From assembly GCA_964626565.1 (NCBI GenBank), contig CAZVFX010000112.1:1-23252 (forward strand): a DNA stretch of 23,252 nt. The letters are read 5' to 3'. The DNA is from an uncultured Myxococcales bacterium (GTDB lineage: Bacteria; Myxococcota_A; UBA9042; CAIXZC01). Below the pieces are notes generated by a model that saw nothing but the letters and a program-made list of their open reading frames with translations, made no database searches and had not been told where the DNA came from. Within the stretch, counting starts at the first letter, position 1; the number at the start of each line of letters is the position of its first letter. Shown piece by piece: positions 1 to 8,764 of this stretch. Both the position numbers and the translations under genes were made by a program.

Positions 1-59
1 AGGCTCATGTCGCCCCTGCGGGGCTGACTACGGCCGTACACCGAGTTTCTGTTCGGACC

Positions 60-2624
60 CTACTCGCACACCTTGAACAGGGTGACGGAGGAACCCGTAT
101 GGCCGGCCAAAACCAGGCTGGTGCCGTCGGGGGAGATGTCCATGCCTCGAGGGTTGAGGAAAGCCAGGTCGGGTGTTCCGGCTAGACCGCCCTGGCCGAA
201 TGCCAGCAGTGACAACTCGTTGGTCAGCGGATCCCGCGCAACCTGTGCGAGATACTTGCTGTCCACCAAATACAGCTGTCTGCCATCAGGCGAGTAGAGC
301 GCAATCTGCAAGGGACGACTGATGGCGGCGCCGTCGTACAACTGGCCTATGGTCGCCAGGTCCAGAGACTTCATGTTGCTCAGCACACCGTCGGGCTCCC
401 GGTCGAACACCACTGACGCATTGTCCCCCCCCCAATATCCGTCCTGCCCGGGAGCGCTGGTAGTGGCGAGCACCGCAAGCTGCCGTCCATCGGGCGAAAT
501 GGCAAGCCAATCGACTCGGCGGTCCGCACCGTAGAAACCTGCACCCGCCTCACCGGGGCTTGCAGGAACGGAGGTTACTACGTGGCCATCCTCATCCAGT
601 TCCAATAGCTCGAGTACTGGTGTTTCCGATTCCTCGTTGCCACCCGGCTCATCAACTCTCCCCCCAAGGTACGCAGTCAAACCATCGGGGGATACCGCTA
701 TCGCTTCCGTCTCCATCGTGTCCGGCAAAGGATATGCCTGGACGCCTGCCAACACCCCGTTTCCCACGGTCCGGTCGAACACTAACACGCTGCGACCGAA
801 GCCTGGCATCAGGCCGGCCGCGTACAGCCTCGCACCGTCGGGAGCAAGGGCAATGCTCGGGTCGTTAAGTCTCCCAGGGGGGATGTCTCCCGTGTCGAGA
901 CAATCCTCGACCTCAAGTTGCCACTTGCCTTCGGGACCCTCAGCGAAATAGGAAGCCACAATTTTTGGTTCGCAATCCTGACAATCCTGCAGAGTGTACA
1001 AAGCGTCCTTGGCCTGAGTCATGACCGGTTTGCCGTCAGTTGGCGGCCCAACCAGTGTCTCTGCCACCGATAGCTCGCCGCCGTCCCCGGTGCTCTCGAG
1101 TTGCACCATCGTCGATTCCGGTGATTCCGCTCCCCCTTTCCACGCTGACACGAGAGCACCACCATCATTGAGGGCAAAAACGTGCTTGGGCTCAAACAGA
1201 CCCTCCACCCCCTCGCCATCACCGTGACCGGCGAGGTCTGAGAGGGCCAGCGAGCCGGCGTCTCCGACTTCGAGAAATGCCACCTGCTCATCATGGGTGA
1301 CGAACCGGGTGCCTGACGAATCGACGGCGAGTTGGCCATCGCCGGGGAAGGTATTGAAGAACCAGAAGGTATCGGTCTCAGCTCCAATATTCAGGTGCGA
1401 AGCATACTCGATCTCCCCGCTGGCGGGGTCCCGATCAAGATAGAGTATGTAGTCGTCCATCATCGTCATGACCAACCCGGCGCCGTCGGCTACAATAGCG
1501 ACATCGTAGAGCACCGACCAACCTTCGAGCCCCAACTCCGGCGCTATCTGCTCAGACGAGAACACGTCGATAATTTCCAGCGCGCCGGATTCCGGATCTA
1601 CCGAAAACACGAGCACTGCCGCCATTGTCAAGAGATACGCACTCTCTCCATCCGGGGCGAAATACATGGGACCGCTCGGTTGAAGGTCCCCCACGCCCGC
1701 GACGGGCATCTCATCGACAGATTCCAAGTCGCCGGTCTGAGTGTCGAGTGAGAAGATGCGGATGCCAACGTCGCCCCAGAAGTTCTCGGGCCAAGCGTAA
1801 ACGTGCCGTCCATCAGGGGACAGGGCCGCCCGCGACCAATCCCCCAGGCCGCCGAACAAGTCCTCATCCTCCAGGGGGTAGCAGGCCAACTGCTGCACCT
1901 GCCCCGTGGCGATGTCCCTCGAGAACACCGACACCACCTCGTAATGTCGCAGGAAAAGTACCCCGTCGTCGTCACCCGACCAGATACCTTGCACGTACCC
2001 TCCGTGGACGTCACCGCAGTCAGGCTCAACAAACCAGTCAAGCTCCAAGGAGCCGTTAGAGTCGGAAGCAAAGGCGGTCAACCCTTCATTCGACCCGACC
2101 AGAACCTGGCTGCCATCCTTGCTCACCCAGATGTCCTGGGGCCAGGCCAGGGTATCCACTCCGTCGAAGCCGTCCCTAAAAGTCTGCAGGTGCTGAGCCT
2201 CACCAGTATCGGGAGACCAGTGCAGCACGGTCAGCGTGTGATCCCAGGAGGTCACGTACACAGTTTCCCCGTCAGGAGAGATGCCCACTTCGTACGGCCA
2301 GTCCATGCCGTCTATGCCTCCCTGCCCGTCGAAGATCGTGCCGACTGGTTCCAGCGGGACCGGCGTGCACATTGCGGGTAGCACTTCGGGAAGGAAGGCT
2401 GCATCGCCTGCGGCATCGTCTTCGACCAGTTCTTCTCCCGCGGGGAGGTCAGCCGGGGGAAGCTCTGCTGCCGCGTCCTTGACCTCCCCGGGGCCCACGT
2501 CACCAACGACGTCGCCGCTCGCGTCTGTAGCTGCGTTGCGCTTACTTCCGCTGCACGCACACAGGACAAAGACCAGGAAGACCACGGTGAAAGAGAGAAG
2601 GTACTTCACCCCGGGTGCTCTCAT
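60..2624 (-). CDS. Secreted beta-propeller repeat lipoprotein (YVTN/PD40/lactonase-like blades), 854 aa
   Basis: Signal peptide with lipobox-like FVLCAC|SG. At least 8 repeats of the [ILV]SPDG..(Y|L)(V|L) blade motif (ISPDGETVYVTS, LSPDGRHVYAW, APDGESAYLL, LAPDGARLYAAG, VSPDGLTAYLGG, ISPDGRQLAVLA, YSPDGRQLYLVD, ISPDGTSLVLAG). AGGAG RBS 7 nt upstream of the ATG. Stop TAG at 60-62. Confidence 0.7.
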   Translation of the reverse strand: MRAPGVKYLLSFTVVFLVFVLCACSGSKRNAATDASGDVVGDVGPGEVKDAAAELPPADLPAGEELVEDDAAGDAAFLPEVLPAMCTPVPLEPVGTIFDGQGGIDGMDWPYEVGISPDGETVYVTSWDHTLTVLHWSPDTGEAQHLQTFRDGFDGVDTLAWPQDIWVSKDGSQVLVGSNEGLTAFASDSNGSLELDWFVEPDCGDVHGGYVQGIWSGDDDGVLFLRHYEVVSVFSRDIATGQVQQLACYPLEDEDLFGGLGDWSRAALSPDGRHVYAWPENFWGDVGIRIFSLDTQTGDLESVDEMPVAGVGDLQPSGPMYFAPDGESAYLLTMAAVLVFSVDPESGALEIIDVFSSEQIAPELGLEGWSVLYDVAIVADGAGLVMTMMDDYILYLDRDPASGEIEYASHLNIGAETDTFWFFNTFPGDGQLAVDSSGTRFVTHDEQVAFLEVGDAGSLALSDLAGHGDGEGVEGLFEPKHVFALNDGGALVSAWKGGAESPESTMVQLESTGDGGELSVAETLVGPPTDGKPVMTQAKDALYTLQDCQDCEPKIVASYFAEGPEGKWQLEVEDCLDTGDIPPGRLNDPSIALAPDGARLYAAGLMPGFGRSVLVFDRTVGNGVLAGVQAYPLPDTMETEAIAVSPDGLTAYLGGRVDEPGGNEESETPVLELLELDEDGHVVTSVPASPGEAGAGFYGADRRVDWLAISPDGRQLAVLATTSAPGQDGYWGGDNASVVFDREPDGVLSNMKSLDLATIGQLYDGAAISRPLQIALYSPDGRQLYLVDSKYLAQVARDPLTNELSLLAFGQGGLAGTPDLAFLNPRGMDISPDGTSLVLAGHTGSSVTLFKVCE
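425..433. repeat. Homopolymeric C9 tract (G9 on the coding strand) inside the beta-propeller lipoprotein CDS, encoding W-G-G
   Basis: ttgtCCCCCCCCCaatat. The coding strand reads tgg ggg ggg gac. It is the longest homopolymer in the window. Confidence 0.9.
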
Positions 2625-2660
2625 GTTCGCGCTCCTGCTTAAGATTCATTGGCTATTGTG

Positions 2661-2690
2661 AGTATAGCTAAAATGACGGGAGGCGTTCAA
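2661..2690 (-). promoter_or_regulatory. Candidate sigma70-type promoter for the beta-propeller lipoprotein gene (-35 TTGAAC, 18 nt spacer, -10 TATACT on the - strand)
   Basis: - strand reads TTGAAC gcctcccgtcattttagc TATACT about 35 nt upstream of the RBS/ATG at 2624. It lies in the only AT-rich stretch of the 232-nt intergenic region. Confidence 0.35.
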
Positions 2691-2856
2691 GGACCCGCAC
2701 TTGCGAAGAGCGTGGAAGAGGCGGTGTAGGCCCCGAGGGAGAGTTTCCCAGCCATGGAAGAGGTCCCTCCATCTCCTACGGTGAGGCCAATCCAGGTGCG
2801 AAGATCGTTGCGTCGGGGATGTCGGGATGACAGTTCGGATGGAAAATGATCGGGGT

Positions 2857-3780
2857 TCAGCCGGCTTGCCAGCCGAAACGGACTTCCACCGGGACGTGGT
2901 CGGAGAGGTTGTCGCCGTCGGCGTCGATGAAGTGGTCGGGGACGGACCAGGTGAGAGGAGTAAGGGTGACACTTTCGGAACTGCGGAACAAGATGCGATC
3001 GATGCGCTCGTCGCCGCATTCCAAGTGCCGGCACGAGTCGGTCAGACCGGCTTCGTCCAGCAACTTATCGAGCACCACCATGTCCTCGGGGCGTTTGGCC
3101 TTCAAGTTGGTGTCGCCGCCAATTATTATGGCTGCTTCCGGCGTGTTAAGTTCAATATCCTCAAGTAATTGTTCAATCTGTGCCTGCCGCGCCAGGGCGT
3201 CCTCTTCAGCCCCGCCGGCATCCATGTGGAGGTTGTACACGACCACCTCGATACCGAGCGCCAAAGCTGTCGCCGAACGCGAAAACCCTTTCGATGTCAG
3301 GCAGTCACCGCCGTCGTCGAAAACGCCGTAGCACACTTCCCACGCATGCCGCTCAACGGGAAGAAAAGGGAAGATGGAAAACCGGTTCAAGCCGTCTCCC
3401 AGGTCCTTTACTGCTTCAGCCGGAATCGACTGGTGCGGCAGCGTAACTTCGGCGGCCAGCTCCTCGTGGTACGCGAAGTCCTCCTGCACCAGCACCAGGT
3501 CGTAGGCGTTGAGCAACGGCCCGACCATGGGAATGTGCTGCTCCGGATTCTCATCGGTGAATTCGTCGGGAAGGCCCGCCACATTGTAGATGAGCATCAA
3601 GAACTCACCTTCAGCCGGCTCCGGCTCCGGCGCCAGTTCGGTTGCCTCTTCTACCGATGCATCCTGCATATCCTGTGAAAGCGGCAGTTCCGACGCAACT
3701 TCCCCTACCCCTTCGGGAGTGCCGGTCGAGCCGGTGCAGCTACAAGCCAGCAGCACAACGACTGCCAGTGCCTGGCGCAC
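2857..3780 (-). CDS. Endonuclease/exonuclease/phosphatase (EEP, DNase I-like fold) family lipoprotein, 307 aa
   Basis: Lipoprotein signal VVLLACSC. EEP motifs LMLIYNVAG (N-terminal catalytic strand), LVLVQE, GGDTN and the C-terminal LSDHVPVEV (SDHxPV). GTG start overlaps the serC TAG stop by 1 nt (TAGTG). Confidence 0.8.
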   Translation of the reverse strand: MRQALAVVVLLACSCTGSTGTPEGVGEVASELPLSQDMQDASVEEATELAPEPEPAEGEFLMLIYNVAGLPDEFTDENPEQHIPMVGPLLNAYDLVLVQEDFAYHEELAAEVTLPHQSIPAEAVKDLGDGLNRFSIFPFLPVERHAWEVCYGVFDDGGDCLTSKGFSRSATALALGIEVVVYNLHMDAGGAEEDALARQAQIEQLLEDIELNTPEAAIIIGGDTNLKAKRPEDMVVLDKLLDEAGLTDSCRHLECGDERIDRILFRSSESVTLTPLTWSVPDHFIDADGDNLSDHVPVEVRFGWQAG

Positions 3781-4865
3781 TAGCCGTGCCGGGCCATAAA
3801 CTGGCCCATGAAGTCAGCCAACGCCTTACACCCTTCCTCGGGCATGGCGTTGTAGGTCGACGCCCGACAGCCGCCGACGCTGCGATGGCCCTTGAGTCCG
3901 ATCATACCCTCGCCGAGGGCCTCCGCGATGAACAGCTTCTCCAACTCTTCGGTGGGAAGCCGCCACACGATGTTCATGAGGGAGCGGAACTCAGTGGGAA
4001 CCGGGCAACGATAGAAGCCGTTGCTCGTGTCCATGGCGCCGTATATGTGCTGAGCCTTGCGCTCATTGATCCGGGCCATGCCTTCCAGCCCGCCATTGGC
4101 CTTCAGCCACTTCATGACTTTGCCGAATGCCCAAATGGCAAATACGGGCGGCGTGTTGTAGAGCGAGTTCTTCGGCCCGTGAATCTTGTAGCTCATGTAC
4201 GCGGTGAGATCGTCGGAGCAGCTTGCCAACAGGTCGTTGCGCATAATCACCAGCGCCATCCCCGCAGGCCCCAGGTTCTTCTGGGCCCCGGCATAGATGA
4301 CACCGAACTTCTCCACCGGCAACGGCCGGCTGAGCGCGTCGCTGGACATGTCCGCGACCATGGGCATGTCGCCGACTTCCGGCCACTCGTGCCACTGCAC
4401 TCCACCGATGGTTTCGTTGGAGGTGACGTGGAGATAGGCCGAATCCGCGTTCAAGGTCAAATCGTTCTTTCCCGGCAGCCGCGTAAAGGAGTCTGCTTCG
4501 CCGTCGAACACCACGTTCACTTTGCCGAGTTTCACCGCGTCGTTGTACGCCTTCTTCGCCCACACACCGGTGAGCGTGAAGTCGCACGACTTGCCGCCGT
4601 GGAGCAGGTTCATGGGCAGCATGGTGAACTGCATGGTGGCGCCGCCCTGAAGCAGCATCACCGTGTAGTCGTCGCCGACTCCCAACAGCTCCTTGACCAG
4701 CGAGATCGCCTCGTTGTGAACCTGGTCGTACTCTTTGCTCCGGTGACTGGTTTCCACCAGGGACAGTCCCATTCCGTGGTAGTCGAGAAACTCTTCCTTC
4801 AGCTCCTCCAGAACCGCGTAGGGCAGCGTAGCCGGGCCCGCGTAAAAATTGTATTTTCTGCTCAT
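3780..4865 (-). CDS. serC: Phosphoserine aminotransferase
   Basis: Full-length collinear similarity to SerC: YNFYAGPATLP, GVIYAGAQKNLGPAG, KWLKANGG, LKGHRSVGGCRASTYNAMP. 361 aa. Confidence 0.95.
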   Translation of the reverse strand: MSRKYNFYAGPATLPYAVLEELKEEFLDYHGMGLSLVETSHRSKEYDQVHNEAISLVKELLGVGDDYTVMLLQGGATMQFTMLPMNLLHGGKSCDFTLTGVWAKKAYNDAVKLGKVNVVFDGEADSFTRLPGKNDLTLNADSAYLHVTSNETIGGVQWHEWPEVGDMPMVADMSSDALSRPLPVEKFGVIYAGAQKNLGPAGMALVIMRNDLLASCSDDLTAYMSYKIHGPKNSLYNTPPVFAIWAFGKVMKWLKANGGLEGMARINERKAQHIYGAMDTSNGFYRCPVPTEFRSLMNIVWRLPTEELEKLFIAEALGEGMIGLKGHRSVGGCRASTYNAMPEEGCKALADFMGQFMARHG

Positions 4866-5749
4866 GTTTTCACCTCCCCCATGAACTCACCGATAATTTC
4901 CTTTACCTCGTCTCCAATACGCCCCAGGTTCTCTTTGCTGCTGGCGCCCAGGTGCGGAACCATGATCACATTTGGTGCCGACAGAATCGGATAGTCGTCA
5001 GGCGGAGGGTCGGAAGGCCACACGTCGGTGGCGTAGGTTTTTACCCGCCCGCTCACCAAAGCTGCCACCATGTCATCAGCATCTACGCACAAGCCCCGCC
5101 CTGTGTTTACCACCACTACGCCTTCTTTCATCACGTCAATAACCGACGCGTTGATCATGCCGCGGGTTTCGTCGGTAAGCGGGGTGTGCAGCGACACGTA
5201 ATCCGCACCACTGACCGCGTCTGCCAGAGTCGGCTTCATCTCGGCTACGCCGCTCGATTCCACGTACGGGTCGAAGGCTTGAACCTTCATGCCGAAAGCC
5301 GCGGCACGGACCGCCACCACCTGCGCGATGTTACCGATGCCCACAAGGCAGAGGGTCTTGCCGAAAAGCTCGGTGCGCTTGAGCTGCTTCTTCAGCCATT
5401 TCCCCTCTTTCATGCCCTCGTGCCCCGGAACGATGTTGTTGGGTGCTGCCAGCATCAGGGCAAAGGCCAACTCACCAACCGCGATGGAAGGGGCCTTGGG
5501 CGTATTGCGAACCTGGATCCCCTTTTCAGCCGCGTACGGCTTGTCGATGTTGTCGGTACCCACGCCGCCCCTGACTATCAACTTCAGGTTGGGTGCGCTG
5601 TCGATATATTCTCTCGTCGCCTTGGTCTTGGAGCGGATGAGCACAACGTCCGCCTCCGCCAGCCGCCCTTTGTCGTCGGTTACCTCGCCAAACTCAGCCA
5701 GCTTGGCCGGCAAGCCGGAATCAAACGCATCAGAAATCAAGATGAGCAT
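4862..5749 (-). CDS. serA: D-3-phosphoglycerate dehydrogenase, short form without ACT domain (D-isomer-specific 2-hydroxyacid dehydrogenase family)
   Basis: NAD-binding Rossmann motif LVGIGNIAQVVA, catalytic-domain motifs VVNTGRG and MVPHLGASS. Stop overlaps the serC start (ATGA). Sits directly upstream of serC in the same operon. Confidence 0.8.
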   Translation of the reverse strand: MLILISDAFDSGLPAKLAEFGEVTDDKGRLAEADVVLIRSKTKATREYIDSAPNLKLIVRGGVGTDNIDKPYAAEKGIQVRNTPKAPSIAVGELAFALMLAAPNNIVPGHEGMKEGKWLKKQLKRTELFGKTLCLVGIGNIAQVVAVRAAAFGMKVQAFDPYVESSGVAEMKPTLADAVSGADYVSLHTPLTDETRGMINASVIDVMKEGVVVVNTGRGLCVDADDMVAALVSGRVKTYATDVWPSDPPPDDYPILSAPNVIMVPHLGASSKENLGRIGDEVKEIIGEFMGEVKT

Positions 5750-5773
5750 GTCACTCCCCCGTGTGTGTATGGG

Positions 5774-7009
5774 TCAAAACTCCCGAACCACCATTCCCGA
5801 TCTCAGCTTGGGCTCAAACCAGGTGGATTTCGGCGGCATCACATTGCCGGTATCAGCAATCGCTATGAGCTCTCCCACCGAGGTGGGATACAGTGAAAAT
5901 GCGACTTTCATGTCGATCCCGCATCGCCGCTCCAGCTCCTTGGTGCCGCGAATGCCGCCGATGAAGTCGATGCGGGTGTCGGTGCGAGGATCTTCGATGC
6001 CCAGAATCGGCTTCAGCAGGTTCTCCTGGAGAATCGACACATCCAGACTAAGCACCGGGTCACCCTCCGGGAAGCTACCTTCCCTTGCCGTGAGGCGATA
6101 CCACCGTCCATCCAGGAACATGCCGAAGCAACGACGCCGGTCCGGAGGCCCGGAAAGGTCGCCTCCGATCTCGAAGTATTTACCCGTCAGTGAGAGGAAT
6201 TGATCCTTGCTGTGTCCGTTGAGGTCCTTCACCGCCCGGTAGTACCCCATAATCTGAAGCTGATCATCGGGAAACGCTACTCCGAGGAAGAAGTTGTAGG
6301 GCTCATTACCGACATGGGCCGGGTTCTGTGCGGCCTTGCGGTCGGCAACCCGGGTGGCGGCCGCGCTACGATGATGCCCGTCGGCGATGTAGAGTGCGTC
6401 CACCTCACCGAACAGCTTCTGAAGCCGGGCCACATCATCTTCGCCGCACATCGCCCACATGGCGTGGGCAATGCCATCGGCCGCAGTGAAATCGTACACC
6501 GGGTCGTTGGCGGCCATGTAGGAAGCGATGAACCGATCGATATCCGCCGAAGCCTTGTAGGTGAGCATCACCGGCCCGGTCTGCGCGCTGAGGTACTCCA
6601 CGTGGCGCGCCCGGTCGTCTTCCTTGTCGGGCCTGGTGAATTCATGCTTCTTGATGAGACCGTCCCGGTATTCGTCACAACTGGCGCCCAGCATCACGCC
6701 GATCTGTTTATGGCCGTCCATGATGAGTTGATAGATGTAGAAGCAGGGATTCTCGTCCCGAATGAGCGCTTCCTGCGTTTCGAGGGCCTTGAGGTTTTCG
6801 AGGCTCTTCGCATATACCGGCTCGCCATGCACGTCGACGCCGGGGTCGAGATCGATTTCGGCTTTGACCACTCTGAGGAAGCTGAGCGGATTCCCCTTGG
6901 CCATCTCCCTGGCTTCACCGGAATTCATCACGTCGTACGGTGGACTGGCAACCTGCTCTACAACTTCCGGTCGGGGTCTTAGACCTTTGAAGGGGGATAC
7001 GTTGGACAT
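5774..7009 (-). CDS. DUF1015 (COG4198) family protein, conserved unknown function
   Basis: N-terminus MSNVSPFKGLRPRPE...ASPPYDV is typical of DUF1015. Start assigned to the ATG at 7009 because a GAGGTG RBS lies 5 nt upstream; the ORF tool's TTG at 7033 is less likely. GGGGGAG RBS for serA follows 24 nt downstream of its stop. Confidence 0.75.
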   Translation of the reverse strand: MSNVSPFKGLRPRPEVVEQVASPPYDVMNSGEAREMAKGNPLSFLRVVKAEIDLDPGVDVHGEPVYAKSLENLKALETQEALIRDENPCFYIYQLIMDGHKQIGVMLGASCDEYRDGLIKKHEFTRPDKEDDRARHVEYLSAQTGPVMLTYKASADIDRFIASYMAANDPVYDFTAADGIAHAMWAMCGEDDVARLQKLFGEVDALYIADGHHRSAAATRVADRKAAQNPAHVGNEPYNFFLGVAFPDDQLQIMGYYRAVKDLNGHSKDQFLSLTGKYFEIGGDLSGPPDRRRCFGMFLDGRWYRLTAREGSFPEGDPVLSLDVSILQENLLKPILGIEDPRTDTRIDFIGGIRGTKELERRCGIDMKVAFSLYPTSVGELIAIADTGNVMPPKSTWFEPKLRSGMVVREF

Positions 7010-7097
7010 TGAGCCACCTCTATTCGTTTTCAAACCGTCAGATCCGGCTTATTACACAAGGAAGGTACCCATTACAAGAATTTCGTCCCGGGAATAA

Positions 7098-7103
7098 ATT
7101 ATA
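7098..7103 (-). promoter_or_regulatory. Perfect TATAAT -10 hexamer on the - strand, candidate promoter for the DUF1015-serA-serC-EEP operon
   Basis: - strand ...cttaagaTATAATttattc... about 90 nt upstream of the DUF1015 ATG. The -35 position overlaps the palindrome at 7114-7135 and has no good hexamer. Confidence 0.3.
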
Positions 7104-7113
7104 TCTTAAGCGT

Positions 7114-7135
7114 ACACGTGCACCGATGCACGTGT
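7114..7135. promoter_or_regulatory. Perfect inverted repeat ACACGTGCA-N4-TGCACGTGT (9-bp arms, each containing CACGTG) in the divergent promoter region; candidate operator
   Basis: Read directly: acacgtgca ccga tgcacgtgt. It abuts the -35 TTGACT of the nfeD promoter and overlaps the -35 region of the divergent DUF1015 promoter. Confidence 0.4.
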
Positions 7136-7137
7136 GC

Positions 7138-7166
7138 TTGACTTTGCCCGTCGCTGGGTCTACAAC
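7138..7166 (+). promoter_or_regulatory. Candidate sigma70-type promoter for the nfeD-floA operon (-35 TTGACT, 17 nt spacer, -10 TACAAC)
   Basis: TTGACT ttgcccgtcgctgggtc TACAAC, about 30 nt upstream of GGAGG-N5-ATG at 7196. Confidence 0.35.
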
Positions 7167-7195
7167 TCTGGTTGCCGATCCGGAAGGAGGAAACC

Positions 7196-8764
7196 ATGTT
7201 GTCGAGTCCTAGCAGAGCGAGGTGGGTCTTCGTGGTCTGCCTTTGCGCGGGCCTGGCAGGGATGTTGGTTTCGCACCCCGAGTCCCATGCCGCACGAATC
7301 AAATTCGGCCCGCTGGAAGTGGAGACCGACGACGTCGCACCCGCGGAAGAAGACCCCGCGGCAACACCGGACGCTCCGTCAGAAACGGAAGAAGCCCCGA
7401 CCCCTCCCCCGGAATTGAAGAGTGAATCTCCCAAACCGCTGGACTTCGGCGGCGGCGAAGGCAAGATCGTCTACCACGCGCATCTTACCGACGTTGTGGA
7501 CCTGGGCATAGCCCCGTTTCTGGAGCGCGTCATTGCGGATGCTGAGGACGCGGGGGCAGCGGTACTGGTAGTGGAAATCGACACTCCGGGCGGCAGGGTG
7601 GATGCCGCGGTGCAGATCAAGGATGTACTGCTGGAAAGCAAGATTCCCACTATCGCGTTTATCAACAAACAAGCCATATCAGCCGGTGCGCTCATCGCTC
7701 TGGCTCACGACTACATTGTCTGGTCCACCGGCGGAACCATGGGCGCGGCGACACCGATCCAGATGGGTGGCGGCGGCGGAGCCGAGCCGGTCGAAGAGAA
7801 GATGGTTTCCTACATGCGTGGCGTGATGAGTGCCACCGCGGAAGCCAAGGGAAGGGACGGATTCGTGGCCACCGCAATGGTGGATGACACCATCGACCTG
7901 CCCGAATTCGCGCCGGAAGGCCAGCTTCTGACTTCCACTTTCACGCAGGCTGAAGCGCTGGGGCTGCTGGATGGCAGAGCCGATAGCTTTGAGGAGCTGC
8001 TGGCCACCTGCAACCTCACCGGCGCCGAAGTGATTGAGCCCGAGGTCAACTGGGCGGAGAAAATCGCCCGCTTCCTGACCCACCCCATCGTCAGTTCCCT
8101 GCTCATGACCATCGGCATGCTGGGGATCCTCATGGAGCTCTACAGCCCCGGTTTCGGCATTACCGGTATCATCGGGCTGTTGTCGCTGCTCCTCTTCTTC
8201 GGTGGCCACATGATCGTGCACATCGCAGGGATCGAGGAGATCGCTCTGTTCCTGCTGGGAATCGTGCTGATAATTGTCGAAGTGGCGGTGATTCCGGGCT
8301 TTGGATTTGTTGGCGTAGCCGGCGCGCTGGCCATCGCAGTGAGTATGATCCTGGCCCTCGTAGGGATACGTGTGGACATCGCGTGGGCTTCCGGGCTGCT
8401 CGTCCGGGCACTGGGCCAGTTCTCCATTGCAGTTGTCCTCACCGCAGTGACAATGATCCTTGGGGTTCGATTCCTGCCCTCGGTAGGGCCCGTGCGCGGC
8501 CTCATCCTCACCAGTTCACTCAGGAAAGAGGACGGGTTCATTGCGACGGACCCCAAAATCAGCGACGCCTTACTGGGTCTCACAGGTGTCGCGCTCACCG
8601 ACCTGCGCCCCGGCGGCAAGGCACGCCTTGACGGCAAGAAGGTCGATGTGGCGGCATATGGCGAGTTCATCACCCGCGGCGAGCAGGTGAAAGTGATCGA
8701 GGTTGATGGACCCAGCGTAACGGTCGAGCGTTTGGGCGATGGCGGAGGTGACGATGCTGAGTGA
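7196..8764 (+). CDS. NfeD-like membrane-bound ClpP-class serine protease, long form (YqeZ-like)
   Basis: Signal/TM segment, acidic Pro-rich linker, then a ClpP/NfeD protease core (LVVEIDTPGGRVDAAVQI, FINKQAISAGALIAL), multiple TM helices and a C-terminal OB-fold beta domain. GGAGG RBS 5 nt upstream of the ATG at 7196; the ORF-track TTG at 7172 is rejected. Confidence 0.85.
   Translation: MLSSPSRARWVFVVCLCAGLAGMLVSHPESHAARIKFGPLEVETDDVAPAEEDPAATPDAPSETEEAPTPPPELKSESPKPLDFGGGEGKIVYHAHLTDVVDLGIAPFLERVIADAEDAGAAVLVVEIDTPGGRVDAAVQIKDVLLESKIPTIAFINKQAISAGALIALAHDYIVWSTGGTMGAATPIQMGGGGGAEPVEEKMVSYMRGVMSATAEAKGRDGFVATAMVDDTIDLPEFAPEGQLLTSTFTQAEALGLLDGRADSFEELLATCNLTGAEVIEPEVNWAEKIARFLTHPIVSSLLMTIGMLGILMELYSPGFGITGIIGLLSLLLFFGGHMIVHIAGIEEIALFLLGIVLIIVEVAVIPGFGFVGVAGALAIAVSMILALVGIRVDIAWASGLLVRALGQFSIAVVLTAVTMILGVRFLPSVGPVRGLILTSSLRKEDGFIATDPKISDALLGLTGVALTDLRPGGKARLDGKKVDVAAYGEFITRGEQVKVIEVDGPSVTVERLGDGGGDDAE

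Noticed and set aside
11-24. GCCCC-ugc-GGGGC hairpin just 3' of the beta-propeller gene stop (- strand transcript) as a terminator
   Set aside because: 5-bp stem, 3-nt loop and no U-tract following, so it is not a convincing intrinsic terminator. Also too close to the window edge to judge.
3642-6982. Several long + strand ORFs (450, 314, 304, 260 aa) across the serC/serA/DUF1015 region
   Set aside because: All are antisense to confidently identified - strand genes (SerC, SerA and DUF1015 motifs). They are high-GC shadow ORFs.
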